A program made the translations under genes and the position numbers. DNA of 63,692 nt, filler included, from Aduncisulcus paluster (lineage: Eukaryota): the NCBI GenBank assembly GCA_024181965.1. It is 6 parts of 6 records of this genome, joined end to end, with 100 filler letters (N's around TTAATTAATTAA, not from the genome) between each part and the next. Parts side by side here need not be neighbours in the genome. Positions count along the whole stretch, not along the records: positions 1 to 14,314 come from BQXS01011297.1; positions 14,415 to 40,884 come from BQXS01011298.1; 4 more parts are not named here. One strand, 5' to 3'. Of this stretch, positions 11,992 to 22,983 are shown one piece after another. The notes beneath the pieces are model-generated. The model made no database searches. It was not told the origin of the DNA and saw only the letters and a program-made list of their open reading frames with translations. The first letter of the stretch is position 1; every line of letters starts with the position of its first letter.

Positions 11992-13287
11992 TTACTCACT
12001 ATCACGTCCTATTACCCCAAGAATTCCCTTTACACTGATCTTTTCAGTGTGGAATTCCAAAGGAGTGAAAATCGGGTTTGAGATGACAATATCTTTTCCA
12101 GCTGGCGTAATATTTCCACCCCACTGAACAAAAACGCATATTTTTCCACTACAATCAACACAAGCAGTTAGAGATGGAATATTTGATGGCTTGGTCTGCA
12201 AAGTCCTGAGTCGAATTCTATCACCAATATTGGCCCCGTGCTTGAGTGCAATAATACTTGAAACCTCATGTTTAACTTTCTTCTTAAGTTTAAATGTCTT
12301 TGCCTTAGGGATATGTGAGCTAACGAGAGGAACTGTCATGAGAGCTTTGAAATGTTTCATCGATTCTAGCAAACCAACGGCCGCATTCTTGGCTGTTTCA
12401 AATGATCTGTCGATCTCATATGCACGTTGAAAGTCATAATAAGCCTTTGATAGTTCAAGAGTGAAATGATGGAGCACTCCGCGATTATAGTACATGTCTG
12501 GGTATAGAACGTGACAGTCACACTTTGTATCCGTCTCTCTTTCCTCAGAGGAAGATTTCTTTAAGATTGTGCATGGGCAAAGAAGCATTTCCATCGTACC
12601 GAAACAGTGTTCGGCAATGGAATAAAGAGAAATGGCTTTCTTCTTGATAGACACTGTACTAGCGTGTGTTGGGTTGTTAATGATCTGAAATGTGAGGGCC
12701 AATGCCTGTTGATAATATCCACGGCCATCTTTAGGCATCAATAACGTGGCTTTCTTGGCCTCAGAGAGAGAGAGTGATAGAGGAGATTCTTGGGATGGGC
12801 AAGGAGAAGGAATATAACGCAAGGCTTGAGATTTCATGATAAGTAATTCAAAAAGATTCAGGGGATCGAATAAAATCGGAGAAATATCTTCATCATCAGA
12901 AATGGATTTGGACAAATTTTCATATGATTTAATTCCTTGGTCTATATCATTATAGACCATTGGATTCCTCTCAGATAAGTGTATTTTTGCTAATATTACC
13001 CAAGGAGCTGGGTATTTTTGACTTAATCGAAGAACCTTCTCTGCAGCCTGTTTTGCAGATTGATATTTCGATTCAATACATGAGAATGCAACTGAACAAG
13101 CAGTAAACAATTCGATTTTATCTGTGAGAGAAGTGTCCTCTGCTGGTTTTATAATGAGAGGGGCAATTTTCTTATATTGGGATTGTAACTTCTCTTTTTT
13201 AATCTTTTCACTTTCAAAAAACAGAAATTCTTCAATAAATTTGATTTCGTTCAGTAATTTGATCAGTTCATCTCTCCTAAACTCCAT
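11992..13287 (-). CDS. TTC5: TTC5/STRAP-like TPR protein
   Basis: TPR segments SLSEAKKATLLMPKDGRGYY and PDMYYNRGVLHHF...AYYDFQRAYEIDRSF, then a beta-rich OB-like C-terminus as in TTC5. Confidence 0.7.
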   Translation of the reverse strand: MEFRRDELIKLLNEIKFIEEFLFFESEKIKKEKLQSQYKKIAPLIIKPAEDTSLTDKIELFTACSVAFSCIESKYQSAKQAAEKVLRLSQKYPAPWVILAKIHLSERNPMVYNDIDQGIKSYENLSKSISDDEDISPILFDPLNLFELLIMKSQALRYIPSPCPSQESPLSLSLSEAKKATLLMPKDGRGYYQQALALTFQIINNPTHASTVSIKKKAISLYSIAEHCFGTMEMLLCPCTILKKSSSEERETDTKCDCHVLYPDMYYNRGVLHHFTLELSKAYYDFQRAYEIDRSFETAKNAAVGLLESMKHFKALMTVPLVSSHIPKAKTFKLKKKVKHEVSSIIALKHGANIGDRIRLRTLQTKPSNIPSLTACVDCSGKICVFVQWGGNITPAGKDIVISNPIFTPLEFHTEKISVKGILGVIGRDSE

Positions 13288-13637
13288 AACTTCGAGGAAA
13301 CAAGGAAAATGAAAAGTGAGAAATCAATATTGAGATCCAAGGAGAATCAGATTATAAAGGATTCATGTTTTGCATTTATTTTACAATTATATAAAATTTT
13401 AATTATTTGCATTCAAATATATGCAAAAATACAATTTTGTATTTCAATAAAATTGGCGGACGCATCTTGAGATTTTTTAAACCTATTATATGAATTAGTT
13501 ATTTTCCATGGCTTTGAATGAGGTTGAACGATCCTCCATATCCTGTTCTATACAATACTATATGAATCAAAGATAGACTGCATACAAGCCTGGAAGCAGT
13601 GGATTCAACTCCACTTGGGCAAAAACGAAACTCAAGG

Positions 13638-14313
13638 TTATGCTTCCTCTTCGCCATGTTCAGCAATAAATATTATCCGAATAGCAATGGCATTCCCATC
13701 ATCATCCCTCACGAGAAAAGCTGGGTAACAGCCATCTCCCCATCCACTCTGACAGAACCATCCACCAGGTACACTCCCATCCTCCATGTGCTTGATTGTG
13801 TCGTAATCAACATCACCGAACTCACCTTTGCACACGAATCGTCCGAGATTACCCTCAGATAAACCAGTAATGTCGATGTATTCTTTCTTCTTTTCAAACA
13901 TTGATTTGATGAAGAAACCATCACGTGCAGTCTCAGCACCAACACCACGGTGGAATTGTTTCCATCCTGCCCCATTCACCCCTCCTTCAATGACTCTATC
14001 GAACACAGATTCAGACGTGGCATCAGCAGGCATGTCAAGGCCATACAGAGGCTTCAGACCAGGTGTGAATGCATACATTGGATCGTCAACAATGGATTCA
14101 TGAAGGAGTTGACATTCACCATTTGTTCCATCCCTGCTGAGTTTGGATGCATGCCAACGTCCTGGACGAACGTTTGGAATGGTCAAAGCATATCTTGCAT
14201 CTTCCGCAGGATCAACGAGAATCAGTGTGTTTTTGTCACGATCAGTGCCACGATCCTCTTCAGATGGAATGTCACCAACAGTGATAACATCCTCCTCAAT
14301 TGGAACAGTCCAA
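13638..14313 (-). CDS. DUF4241-like protein, 5'-partial
   Basis: Frame is open up to the gap; LILVDP..IPNVRPGRWHA and C-terminal SGWGDGCYPAFLVRDDDGNAIAIRIIF. Confidence 0.6.
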
Positions 14314-14314
14314 G

Positions 14315-14414
14315 NNNNNNNNNNNNNNNNNNNNNNNNNNNNNNNNNNNNNNNNNNNNTTAATTAATTAANNNNNNNNNNNNNNNNNNNNNNNNNNNNNN
14401 NNNNNNNNNNNNNN
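14315..14414. other. artificial spacer (44N-TTAATTAATTAA-44N); also at 40885-40984, 44653-44752, 51712-51811 and 57947-58046
   Basis: Identical 100-bp structure five times with stops in all six frames; genes are truncated at its edges. Confidence 0.95.
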
Positions 14415-14607
14415 GGAGCAAATTTATTAATTTGGGAATAAAGAAATGCGCGAAGAGAAGTAAAAAAAAGTGATCTGCAAAGAACACAAAAACTTCCAGA
14501 TGTGATCTTCTGTAATAAGATAGTAATAAACGTTCTAATATCGAAATAAATATATTAATTAAAATCGTACTATAAAATATATATTAAATATTCAATAATA
14601 ATACTCC

Positions 14608-14661
14608 TTAAAGAAAATAATAAAAACGTCTGCTTTTGGCAACAGCCGTGTTATTCCAACA
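14608..14661. repeat. inverted copy of repeat 237-290
   Basis: 51/54 identity to the reverse complement of 237-290. Confidence 0.85.
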
Positions 14662-14857
14662 TTATTATAGTAAACTTGCTACGTTCAATACAATCATCTT
14701 ATTATATTAAAGGATTAAGAATGTTTTATTTTTTGGTTCCGGTTTGGTTTCAAATCCAAAAACTGGGAATTTATATTTTATTTCAAAATAGTAAATTTGC
14801 TCCAAGCATAAATTCTGTAGAACAGCTAACAATTTACTAAATGGTATTTTGTAACAT

Positions 14858-15001
14858 CCGCTTGGAGAAAAATAAAGCGTGATTTAGTAACATGCTCTTC
14901 CCATACCGTTTTCCAAGATTATGAGCCTTCTTCTTTACGTTGACCTATCATAGGTGACACATGATGTGTCCAACCATCTTCCATAAAGCGTGATTTAGTA
15001 A
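14858..15001. repeat. degenerate fragment related to the MITE interior at 53981-54085, with 19-bp direct repeats
   Basis: CATGCTCTTCCCATACCGTT...ATGTGTCCAACyATCTTCC is shared with 53981-54058; ATAAAGCGTGATTTAGTAA at 14872-14890 and 14983-15001. Confidence 0.8.
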
Positions 15002-15512
15002 ATAGTATTACGGAAAATCTATTTATAATTTTGTCACAAGATTTAAATGTTGAAATTTTGAACATATCCTTGACAAGTTGTCAACAGATTCTTTCAATTT
15101 GACGAGTTGGAAGATTAAATAAAATAATTGGAAAAAAATTCATTCTTCACGACATTGATCTCAGCGTTCTTTGAAAGCAACCGTCAAAATTTAAGCCATT
15201 TCTAAAAATAGAAAATCTAAAAATAGACAACACATTGAACTTGAATTGCTTCAACACCGAAAATGAGGCTAAATGAATGTGATTTCCTTTTCTATTTCTG
15301 ATCAATAGAATGTTTTTTGTCAACAGAATTGGATAATAAGTAATAATTATATAATATTAAATATAACATGTGTGCCGATAATCTCTCAAACATTTACGAT
15401 CATAAATATAATCTATTTTCAGAACCATTGAAGCTTCTCAATTCATAAATTGATTAAAAATATTATAATAATTATTTCTAGATCACCGATACGAAATTCT
15501 TCAAAAAATATC

Positions 15513-17168
15513 CTAATAAATCGTTTCTATCCCCTTTAAGGGTTTCCTTCCCATTGCTGCCCTTTTCTTCTTCCCATCAGATCGATTCAAAACACCACGT
15601 TTCACTGAAATTCTAACTTTCTCTTGAACCCTCTTCACAATGGGCGATGAAGGCGAGGAAATACGGGTTTGAGAAACATGACTTTGATGCCGTTGAGGCT
15701 TTTCACAAGGAATTGTGTCAGGATGACCCTTAGGAGATGATGATATTTTATGCTGCGGTTTCTCAGGGAGAATGGACTGACTCTTTGCAATCTTTGCAGC
15801 ATCTTCTACTTTCTCAGTAAGTTTCTCAAGTGTTTTGATACTTATTTTTGAGGACTCTGACGAAATTCTGTCATTTTTCACAGTTTTTGCAGTGAAGACA
15901 TGACCTTTCGTATCTCTTCCTTCACCTTCACAAAATAACAGATCAAAATCATCTTCTGGTTTGCTGTCAACAACCTTTTGTGAATCATCAGTAATAATTT
16001 CTCCATAACAATCATCTTTAGAATCAACTTCTTCAAAAAATTGATCCAATTCAGATTCCATTTCATCCTCAAGAAACATTGTTTGTTCTGAAATAAGATC
16101 AGCCTCCTTTTTCCTCTTCAATTCACCGCTGATGATATCCTGGTACCAACAGATTAATTCTTTCAAAAGGAGTTCCTCATCCGAAAGCAGACGTCTGATC
16201 TGTGGAACAACCTTGTCAATATCCAAGTAATTCAAATATCTTGTCAATGCCATCGAGAAAGTTGTTGACTTATCACTTTGAGAACGTTCACAAGGAGTCA
16301 AAGAGTGGATCCCACCATCCATCAATCCAGGCTCATGATCGATAATTCCCCGACTTATGCTAGAAGAAGGACGCGGAGTTATTTGTCTTGAGCGCAGGGA
16401 CAAATTGGGGAAGGAAGATTTAGACACCCCGTGTTTTTTTGGATTATCACTTATTTCTTCCTTTCTGATCTCATCCTCATCGATATGGGAGAGAGTATGT
16501 TGAAGAAGCCCTTCAAAATGAGAAGAAGACGAGGAAATACTAGATGAATGAGGTGATGAAGAAGTGATGGAACGACTCATGGATGGTGCTCTTGTACTTG
16601 ATCTTAATTGTCGAAGAGCCCGCGCTGGGGAACCAGCAGTTAAGGGACGCTGGGATCTCTGAGCTCGTGAAACAAGAAATGCTGTTGAAGGTCGCTCATG
16701 TATAGAAATCCCATCATTAGATTTTTTTTTGGGGAACAATAACCCCTTATCAATAGTTTTTAAACATAATTTTGTTAATTCACGATCTTCTGGAGAGAGT
16801 AATTCTCCAGTTCCAGAAATACTCATTAGGATGGCAAGCCGTTTTCGCAAAGTTCTAGCCTTTTGATGTATTGGCGAGTGAATTTTTGCAACGGAAATAT
16901 CAGCTTCTTTCTCAACTTGTTTTGCAATTTCACTGAAGGCTGTCAAGCTCTGAAAAAGGGTCTAATCGTTAAAATAACATTTAAAACAATAAAAAATTAA
17001 AAAGAAATAATAAAATGAGATTCAAACAACCAATAAATATTCGATTATAAGACATACGAAATTAGCATCAAGAAGATCTTCACCAATCACTCTTCGAACT
17101 TCTGGTCTTTCAATATTTTTTATAAAATGTTTAATTTGATCCCATATTAATGTATAATCATTCTCCAT
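15513..17168 (-). CDS. CCDC24-like protein, complement(join(15513..16961,17058..17168)), about 519 aa
   Basis: Exon 1 MENDYTLIWDQIK..ERPEVRRVIGEDLLDANF; GTATGT...TTAACGATTAG intron 16962-17057 (alternative in-frame CAG acceptor at 16950-16952); LNYLDIDKVVPQIRRLLSDEE resembles CCDC24. Confidence 0.65.
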
Positions 17169-17383
17169 TATATCATAACTTTCCTAGATGTTCCAAAGTT
17201 GACTCAAAGGTCCCAAAATAATGAGCTTGCGAGGTATTGGATAATAAAACAACATAATACATAATAACTATACCAAATAATTGTTTGATTTTATTTTTTT
17301 TAAGAGAATTTGGAAGGCTCCAATGAAAAATGAGAAGATAATAATAATAATGAATATAGACATCGTAAATAATCAACTAGAGC

Positions 17384-17959
17384 CTAAAATTTAACAATGG
17401 GAAGACCAACTGTCGTTACTTTTTCAATAGCTGGCTTAAGCTTAAATAGTTTAGCGATAATAACCTTAAAAATCTTAGATATATTAATTGATGATCTAGC
17501 TGATGTGAAAAACAATGGACATTTCATCTTTTCTGAATAATGGAACGCTTTGTTGGTGATTTCTGTCATTTTATCTTTGGGAAATGAAGCAAAGCAGTCA
17601 AACTTTGTTCCCACAAGAAAAGGAATAATTCTGGGATTAATTTTTCTAACTTGGGAATACCAAGTTTTAATTTCTTGCAAAGTATGGATCCTAGTAAGAT
17701 CAAACATGAATAAGACGACAGCAGCCTCCTCCACAACAAGCGGTAGCATTGCTCTAAATTCATCCTCACCTCCGAGATCCCAAATAGAAAAATTTAGAAC
17801 CTTTGTTTTAAGAGTTACCGACTTTTGCATGAAATTAACCCCAAGGGTTTGGATATAGTCTTGATCAAAGCTATTTTTCACATATCTATACATTAAGGAG
17901 GTTTTTCCAACCTGAGCTTCTCCAACCATTCCAACTTTTATCGTTAATTCACCAGACAT
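17384..17959 (-). CDS. spg1: Spg1/Tem1 family small GTPase
   Basis: IKVGMVGEAQVGKTSLM, YIQTLGVNFM, WDLGG, VGTKFD, TSA; no C-terminal prenylation motif; start taken at MSGEL. Confidence 0.85.
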   Translation of the reverse strand: MSGELTIKVGMVGEAQVGKTSLMYRYVKNSFDQDYIQTLGVNFMQKSVTLKTKVLNFSIWDLGGEDEFRAMLPLVVEEAAVVLFMFDLTRIHTLQEIKTWYSQVRKINPRIIPFLVGTKFDCFASFPKDKMTEITNKAFHYSEKMKCPLFFTSARSSINISKIFKVIIAKLFKLKPAIEKVTTVGLPIVKF

Positions 17960-18174
17960 TATCGCTTTTGTTGAGTGCAGGAACAAATCTCCCATTTTTT
18001 TTTTTAGGCTCGATAGATGACGTTGAAAAATAGAAAGATCACAAAAAATCACATTATATCCATTTAATTTCATATTACAAACTTTATTTTAATTTTTTCA
18101 TTTCCCTTCGAAAAAAAGCAAAAATGGGCTTCCAAAGCCACATTTTGTAACCTGCACAAGCTATACAAGTTAAT

Positions 18175-19542
18175 ATGCAAAAGAAATATAAAAGGGGATT
18201 TAATTCAACCCATAAAATAGATCCCAAACCAGATAGCATCTCTTCAGAAGTTCGCTCCTTAGAAAAGGAACTAAAAAAAATGAAAGAGAGAATTGATGAA
18301 GAGAAAAGATATCATGATACCGATAAACCGTATTGGTCACATTCACAGCGGCCTATAAAAGGTTTATCAACTTATTCTTCTCAAACCAAACATCGAGTGA
18401 AAAAACCCAATTCAGCTTCTTATTCCAAAAGAATACCCACAAAACCATTAACAGCAAAAAAATCACTCGATGAAATGTACATTTCTGGATCCTCGCCCGA
18501 AGATCTTTCCCTATCAACAATTGAAAAAACTCGTGGATTTCCTGTTCCTCGCAGAAATCCGAAAAACATACATGAATTGAGCGTTCGTCTAAGAGAAAAG
18601 CATAGAATGAGACCAAGCAGTCGCGAAAAGCTCAAGTCTATGTCATTTAGAGAGGAACCATCCCCCGAAATATCCCAACCAACAGAGAGGACAACTCTCG
18701 CATCAATCTCTTCAACCTCCACTTCCTCCACTTCTTCCTCCTCAATGTCTTTTGAGTCGTCAAGTATCGGTTGTGGATCAAATGAAATGTCTGAAGCTGT
18801 AAGATCTGCAAAAGAGGCTCTAGGGTTAATCCAGACATCGTCCGATTATTCTTCATCCCTTTCGCATGTTTCTTTACCTTCGAAAATCACAACTGATCAG
18901 ACGACGCATCCTGACAAAGAAAGATCAAACAAAAAAGTTTCCTTTGGCCCTGTGTTAACGACTCAATTTCGTCCAGAACCAGTCATTAAAAAACAATTAA
19001 TATCATCTGAAGGCAAAGAGAAGAGGAAAGAAGAAGAATTTGACGAATTTCAAGGTTCTTTACTTGATCAATTAAAAAAATCTGTCCCATCCATGAAAAA
19101 ATCAGAAATGATGGGGCCCGAATGGGTTCCTGGTGAACGCTTTAATCGAATATCCGCTCTGATGAATGCCTCATCCTTGCAACTCGTGGAAATGCCTGGC
19201 ACTGTATGCGCTGGAACTGAAACTATCCGTTCCGATCTTACGGGTGAGCCTGCGATCAACATTGACGATCAGAAATCAGAAAAAGGAGGTCTTGTCAGTA
19301 TTTCTGCACAACGAGGAGGAGTAACCAAATTTGGGTTTGCTCTCAAGAAAAAGTCAAAAAAAGTCAAACAATCATCCCAAAAACCTTTTCCAAAGGATGA
19401 ATCTTCTGGGACATCCGTTCAAACTGGCCCAGACGGCTCTATCGAACCTAAAACGAGCACATATTTTGAGAAAATTATGTCAAGAGCCCTTATGAGTAGT
19501 ATGGGTGCCCAATTTAAAAAAGGAAAGCTCGAAATGGAATAA
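18175..19542 (+). CDS. hypothetical Ser/Lys-rich protein
   Basis: 455-aa ORF between AT-rich spacers; no recognised domain. Confidence 0.7.
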   Translation: MQKKYKRGFNSTHKIDPKPDSISSEVRSLEKELKKMKERIDEEKRYHDTDKPYWSHSQRPIKGLSTYSSQTKHRVKKPNSASYSKRIPTKPLTAKKSLDEMYISGSSPEDLSLSTIEKTRGFPVPRRNPKNIHELSVRLREKHRMRPSSREKLKSMSFREEPSPEISQPTERTTLASISSTSTSSTSSSSMSFESSSIGCGSNEMSEAVRSAKEALGLIQTSSDYSSSLSHVSLPSKITTDQTTHPDKERSNKKVSFGPVLTTQFRPEPVIKKQLISSEGKEKRKEEEFDEFQGSLLDQLKKSVPSMKKSEMMGPEWVPGERFNRISALMNASSLQLVEMPGTVCAGTETIRSDLTGEPAINIDDQKSEKGGLVSISAQRGGVTKFGFALKKKSKKVKQSSQKPFPKDESSGTSVQTGPDGSIEPKTSTYFEKIMSRALMSSMGAQFKKGKLEME

Positions 19543-19974
19543 TTATTTTTGCACTAAGTGGTCTTATGCCACAACTTCAAAGAATATTCAATATTTTACC
19601 TTATATAAGGCACATAAAATTCCTGTTATAGCCTTTCAAGTGTTAATTAGATTTCGCTATGGTTGTGTGAATGCATAATTTTCGTCATGAATTTCGCTGT
19701 ACTTCAGTGAAATCTCACTCCATTTTGATCGATCAAAACAGATGTGAATGAAGCTTTATGTGAATATAATATATTTATTTAATAGAAATCATCCATGTTC
19801 TTTGAATATTAATCATCGTATCATTAAGATAAAGATGATATTATGTCACATTACATGTTAAAGCAAAATTAAGTTCAAACATGCAGAATCTGCAAATTGA
19901 AGAAAAGATAAAGATTGTTTTTTAACATCCGGAATCGTTATTCAATAACGTTATAGTTACTCATTCTGAAAAAG

Positions 19975-22515
19975 TTATTCAATTCCGATGATTGAATTCG
20001 AAGGAGATAATAAAATCTGACACCTCTCTTTTCGCCTCCAAACCCCACAACAATATACAACATATGATTTCTTTTCCGTTTCATGTGATTTGCATTCCGA
20101 ATATAGTTCGTTGTATATGTTTGGCACAATTGAAGTCGAATATGGAATCTTTCCAACAACATTACTTCGCCATGCATGTTTTGGAGCCAATCCAGTCTCT
20201 TTGCATACCCTTTTCCTCTCTCTCGCTGTGTAACATGATTCAAAAGGGTCACTATGTTCCTGGTGAGCCTCAGGAAGATTAAATAAACGTACATACCTGT
20301 GCTCAACAAAAAGCAAAACAAATTGTGACGATCGGGATTTAATTGATGTTAGGAAACCAACCCCAGTGCACATCAAATCAAACAAATTAGGAATCATTGG
20401 CCTTGATAATGGATGTGATAGCCCATGGAATGATGAATATTCGCTATCTTCTTCCACTTCCACTTTTTGTATTGTACAATCATCAGCACTTCCTTCACAT
20501 TTGGCACTTGCAAGATCCACAATCTCATCCTTAACTTCTTCTTCAACAATCTCAACAACACTCACATCGTCAGCTGGAATAATAACAGGTTTAGGAGGGG
20601 TAGAATCTGAAATGGAATCAGAGATTACTGTATTTCGATCTTTCGAAGCACCAGCAGACTCAAGTCGATCTTCTTTTTCATTGCAAGAAAATAATGTCCC
20701 ATCATTGGATTGTGTGTTGAGCTTTCGAACTTCTCTGGAAGGAACAGCTTGGTACTGAGAGTGATCTTCTTCAATAACGCCAGTTTCTTCAACACTTCCG
20801 CACACACAGGCCCCAACACTCACACAAAGCCTGACAACCTCCCTAACACACACAATTCGGCATATGAGCGTATCAGGAAGTTCTGGGAGAGCAATAAGAC
20901 CATGGAAAGGAATGCATATTGAGTCAGGTGGAATTGAAGGCCTCGGAGCGATAGTATCATCATGAATTGGCGTCAACCTAGATAATCGTCGTATTGGAGG
21001 CTTAATATAATCTTCTTTCTTCCCTCTTCCTTTTCCTCTTCCTCGCCCTCTCCCTTTTCCCCTCCCTTTCCCCCTTCCTCTTCCTCTTCCTCGTTTGGTT
21101 GAAATATACATCTCTTCCTCTTCTTCACTAATGACCCCCCCACTGGATTCGTCAGAGCTTGACGACTCAATTTCACTCTCCTCTTCTTTTTCTCGCTCCT
21201 CTCTCCTCTTTCTCGCCCTTTTCCGTCTCTCCTCTCTGCTTTGCAGCCTTTTTTGATGCTCAGATACCATCAATGGAGCAGCACGCTCTTGAACAACACA
21301 TAAAACCCCGTGAACGTCCCTCAGAGCAGAAGAAAGAAGAGGGGGAGGTGGAAGCAAGGGAGGGTATGGACGACTAATTGCCGAAATGTCATCACTACTG
21401 GACAGAATAGGAGAAGATCGGATCCCAAAGGAGGATATATTCTGGTGAGGTAAGGTACAGTCAGGAAAGGAACTTGAGGATGAAACGGAGGAAAGGGAGG
21501 ATTTAGAAAAACAATGAGAGCTTTTGCTCGATTTATCTCCTCTTTTAGACCGTTTATCTATAAATATCTTTTTCTTGGTTGATCCTGAATCATCAGAGGG
21601 TGTATCGTGAAAGGATACAGAACTCGTCGATTCATCAGTCCTCGTACGTATTTTAACAGCCGGAGAACTCTCACCAAACTCATCTACATCAATAATTTCA
21701 CTATTTATATCATATTGCCCAACTCCAAAAGGATTAGGAGAGGCTGGAGCATGTCTCTTTGAACGATGTTGATTATGCAGCGATAAGAGTGGATCTGATG
21801 TTAAACTGGTTGGTTTGGCGCGTTTTTTTCTCGTTCCCGTCCGATCTTTCTCTTTGCCTTGTATTTTCCCGTCTCTCAGCAATTGATCTGTATGTTTACC
21901 GCAATGGGGTATTAATTTGAAAGTATATGGGTGTTCAGGATCTCTAATTTGCCTAGTAATCCACCCTTGTCTTACAGCACACATAGGATGAAACGAAACA
22001 GCACACTTTGACACTGCTTGACATTGAATACAAAATCCTGTCTTTTTTTTACATATCGCGCATTGTAATTTTTTATATCCTAATTCTTCAAGTCTATATA
22101 ACTGAATTATACCATCTACTGGTTCTGCATGAACTCCATAGAAGGAAGAACAGTATTTATGGACCCAACAATCGGGTTTTCTTATACCTCTATGACGTAC
22201 CGCAGGAACATAGTATCCCCAACCCCCTTGTCCGCATATTTCACATGTTAATTTCTTTACATCAACCGCTGCAGTGCAAGCAGGACAAAACCATTCTTTA
22301 TCTTCACTTTTTGTATATTCTTCCGGTATATCGGCACAAAATACGTGAACACAACATCCACACCCACTACAAAAAACCAAAAGATTTGGATCTTCACTTT
22401 CTACGCTGCGACAGATATGGCAAAATTCGTTATCGTTTCCTTGTGAAGCTTTTGCGCCTAAAATTTCATCAACATCCCAGTCTTTTGGAATCGACACGTG
22501 TGGCACATCTGCCAT
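19975..22515 (-). CDS. PHD-Zn knuckle-PHD (PZP) chromatin reader, BRPF/Jade/AF10-like
   Basis: CHIC..LVFCSGCGCCVHVFC..WFCPAC; CEIC..WVHKYC; CAIC..GFCIQC..CAVSFHPMCA..HCGKH; GRGK repeats. Confidence 0.85.
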   Translation of the reverse strand: MADVPHVSIPKDWDVDEILGAKASQGNDNEFCHICRSVESEDPNLLVFCSGCGCCVHVFCADIPEEYTKSEDKEWFCPACTAAVDVKKLTCEICGQGGWGYYVPAVRHRGIRKPDCWVHKYCSSFYGVHAEPVDGIIQLYRLEELGYKKLQCAICKKKTGFCIQCQAVSKCAVSFHPMCAVRQGWITRQIRDPEHPYTFKLIPHCGKHTDQLLRDGKIQGKEKDRTGTRKKRAKPTSLTSDPLLSLHNQHRSKRHAPASPNPFGVGQYDINSEIIDVDEFGESSPAVKIRTRTDESTSSVSFHDTPSDDSGSTKKKIFIDKRSKRGDKSSKSSHCFSKSSLSSVSSSSSFPDCTLPHQNISSFGIRSSPILSSSDDISAISRPYPPLLPPPPLLSSALRDVHGVLCVVQERAAPLMVSEHQKRLQSREERRKRARKRREEREKEEESEIESSSSDESSGGVISEEEEEMYISTKRGRGRGRGKGRGKGRGRGRGKGRGKKEDYIKPPIRRLSRLTPIHDDTIAPRPSIPPDSICIPFHGLIALPELPDTLICRIVCVREVVRLCVSVGACVCGSVEETGVIEEDHSQYQAVPSREVRKLNTQSNDGTLFSCNEKEDRLESAGASKDRNTVISDSISDSTPPKPVIIPADDVSVVEIVEEEVKDEIVDLASAKCEGSADDCTIQKVEVEEDSEYSSFHGLSHPLSRPMIPNLFDLMCTGVGFLTSIKSRSSQFVLLFVEHRYVRLFNLPEAHQEHSDPFESCYTARERKRVCKETGLAPKHAWRSNVVGKIPYSTSIVPNIYNELYSECKSHETEKKSYVVYCCGVWRRKERCQILLSPSNSIIGIE

Positions 22516-22983
22516 TGTTTTTAAATGTGGGTACGCCGCTACAAAAGTAAGTTTTGTTCTCGGATGAATTTTTTTTTAAATCTTATTGAATAAACAATTT
22601 ATAATACTATAGTGGATATTGGCAGGATAAATTAATTATTTATTGAGTACATTTCTGACGTATATCTCACAAAAGTGGATTTGATGTTAAATATGAAATA
22701 GAAAAATATTAAATGTGATGTTATCGCAAAAAAAAATTGCTTTTTTAGATCATTTTACCAACCAAAGCTTTCAAAAGTTTACCAATTGCTTCGGAACAAC
22801 CAGTATATTTTTTTTGTGTAAAATCACGAGAATAAATCATTTATAATAAGATAATGGTCCTAATATAACCATTTTAATCTTAATTGTATTACATTTGTTT
22901 TAATTATTCAATGCCACCAAACTTTAATAATCAAGTTGTGCTGTGATGTTCCCCCTCTTCGTTTTTGTGGAAATATTTCTTTC

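Noticed and set aside
14359..14370. TTAATTAATTAA palindrome recurring five times
   Set aside because: Centred in N runs with stops in all frames; an artificial linker, not biology
19690..19740. Two small intergenic hairpins (possible snoRNA)
   Set aside because: Short AT-rich stems; no convincing box motifs
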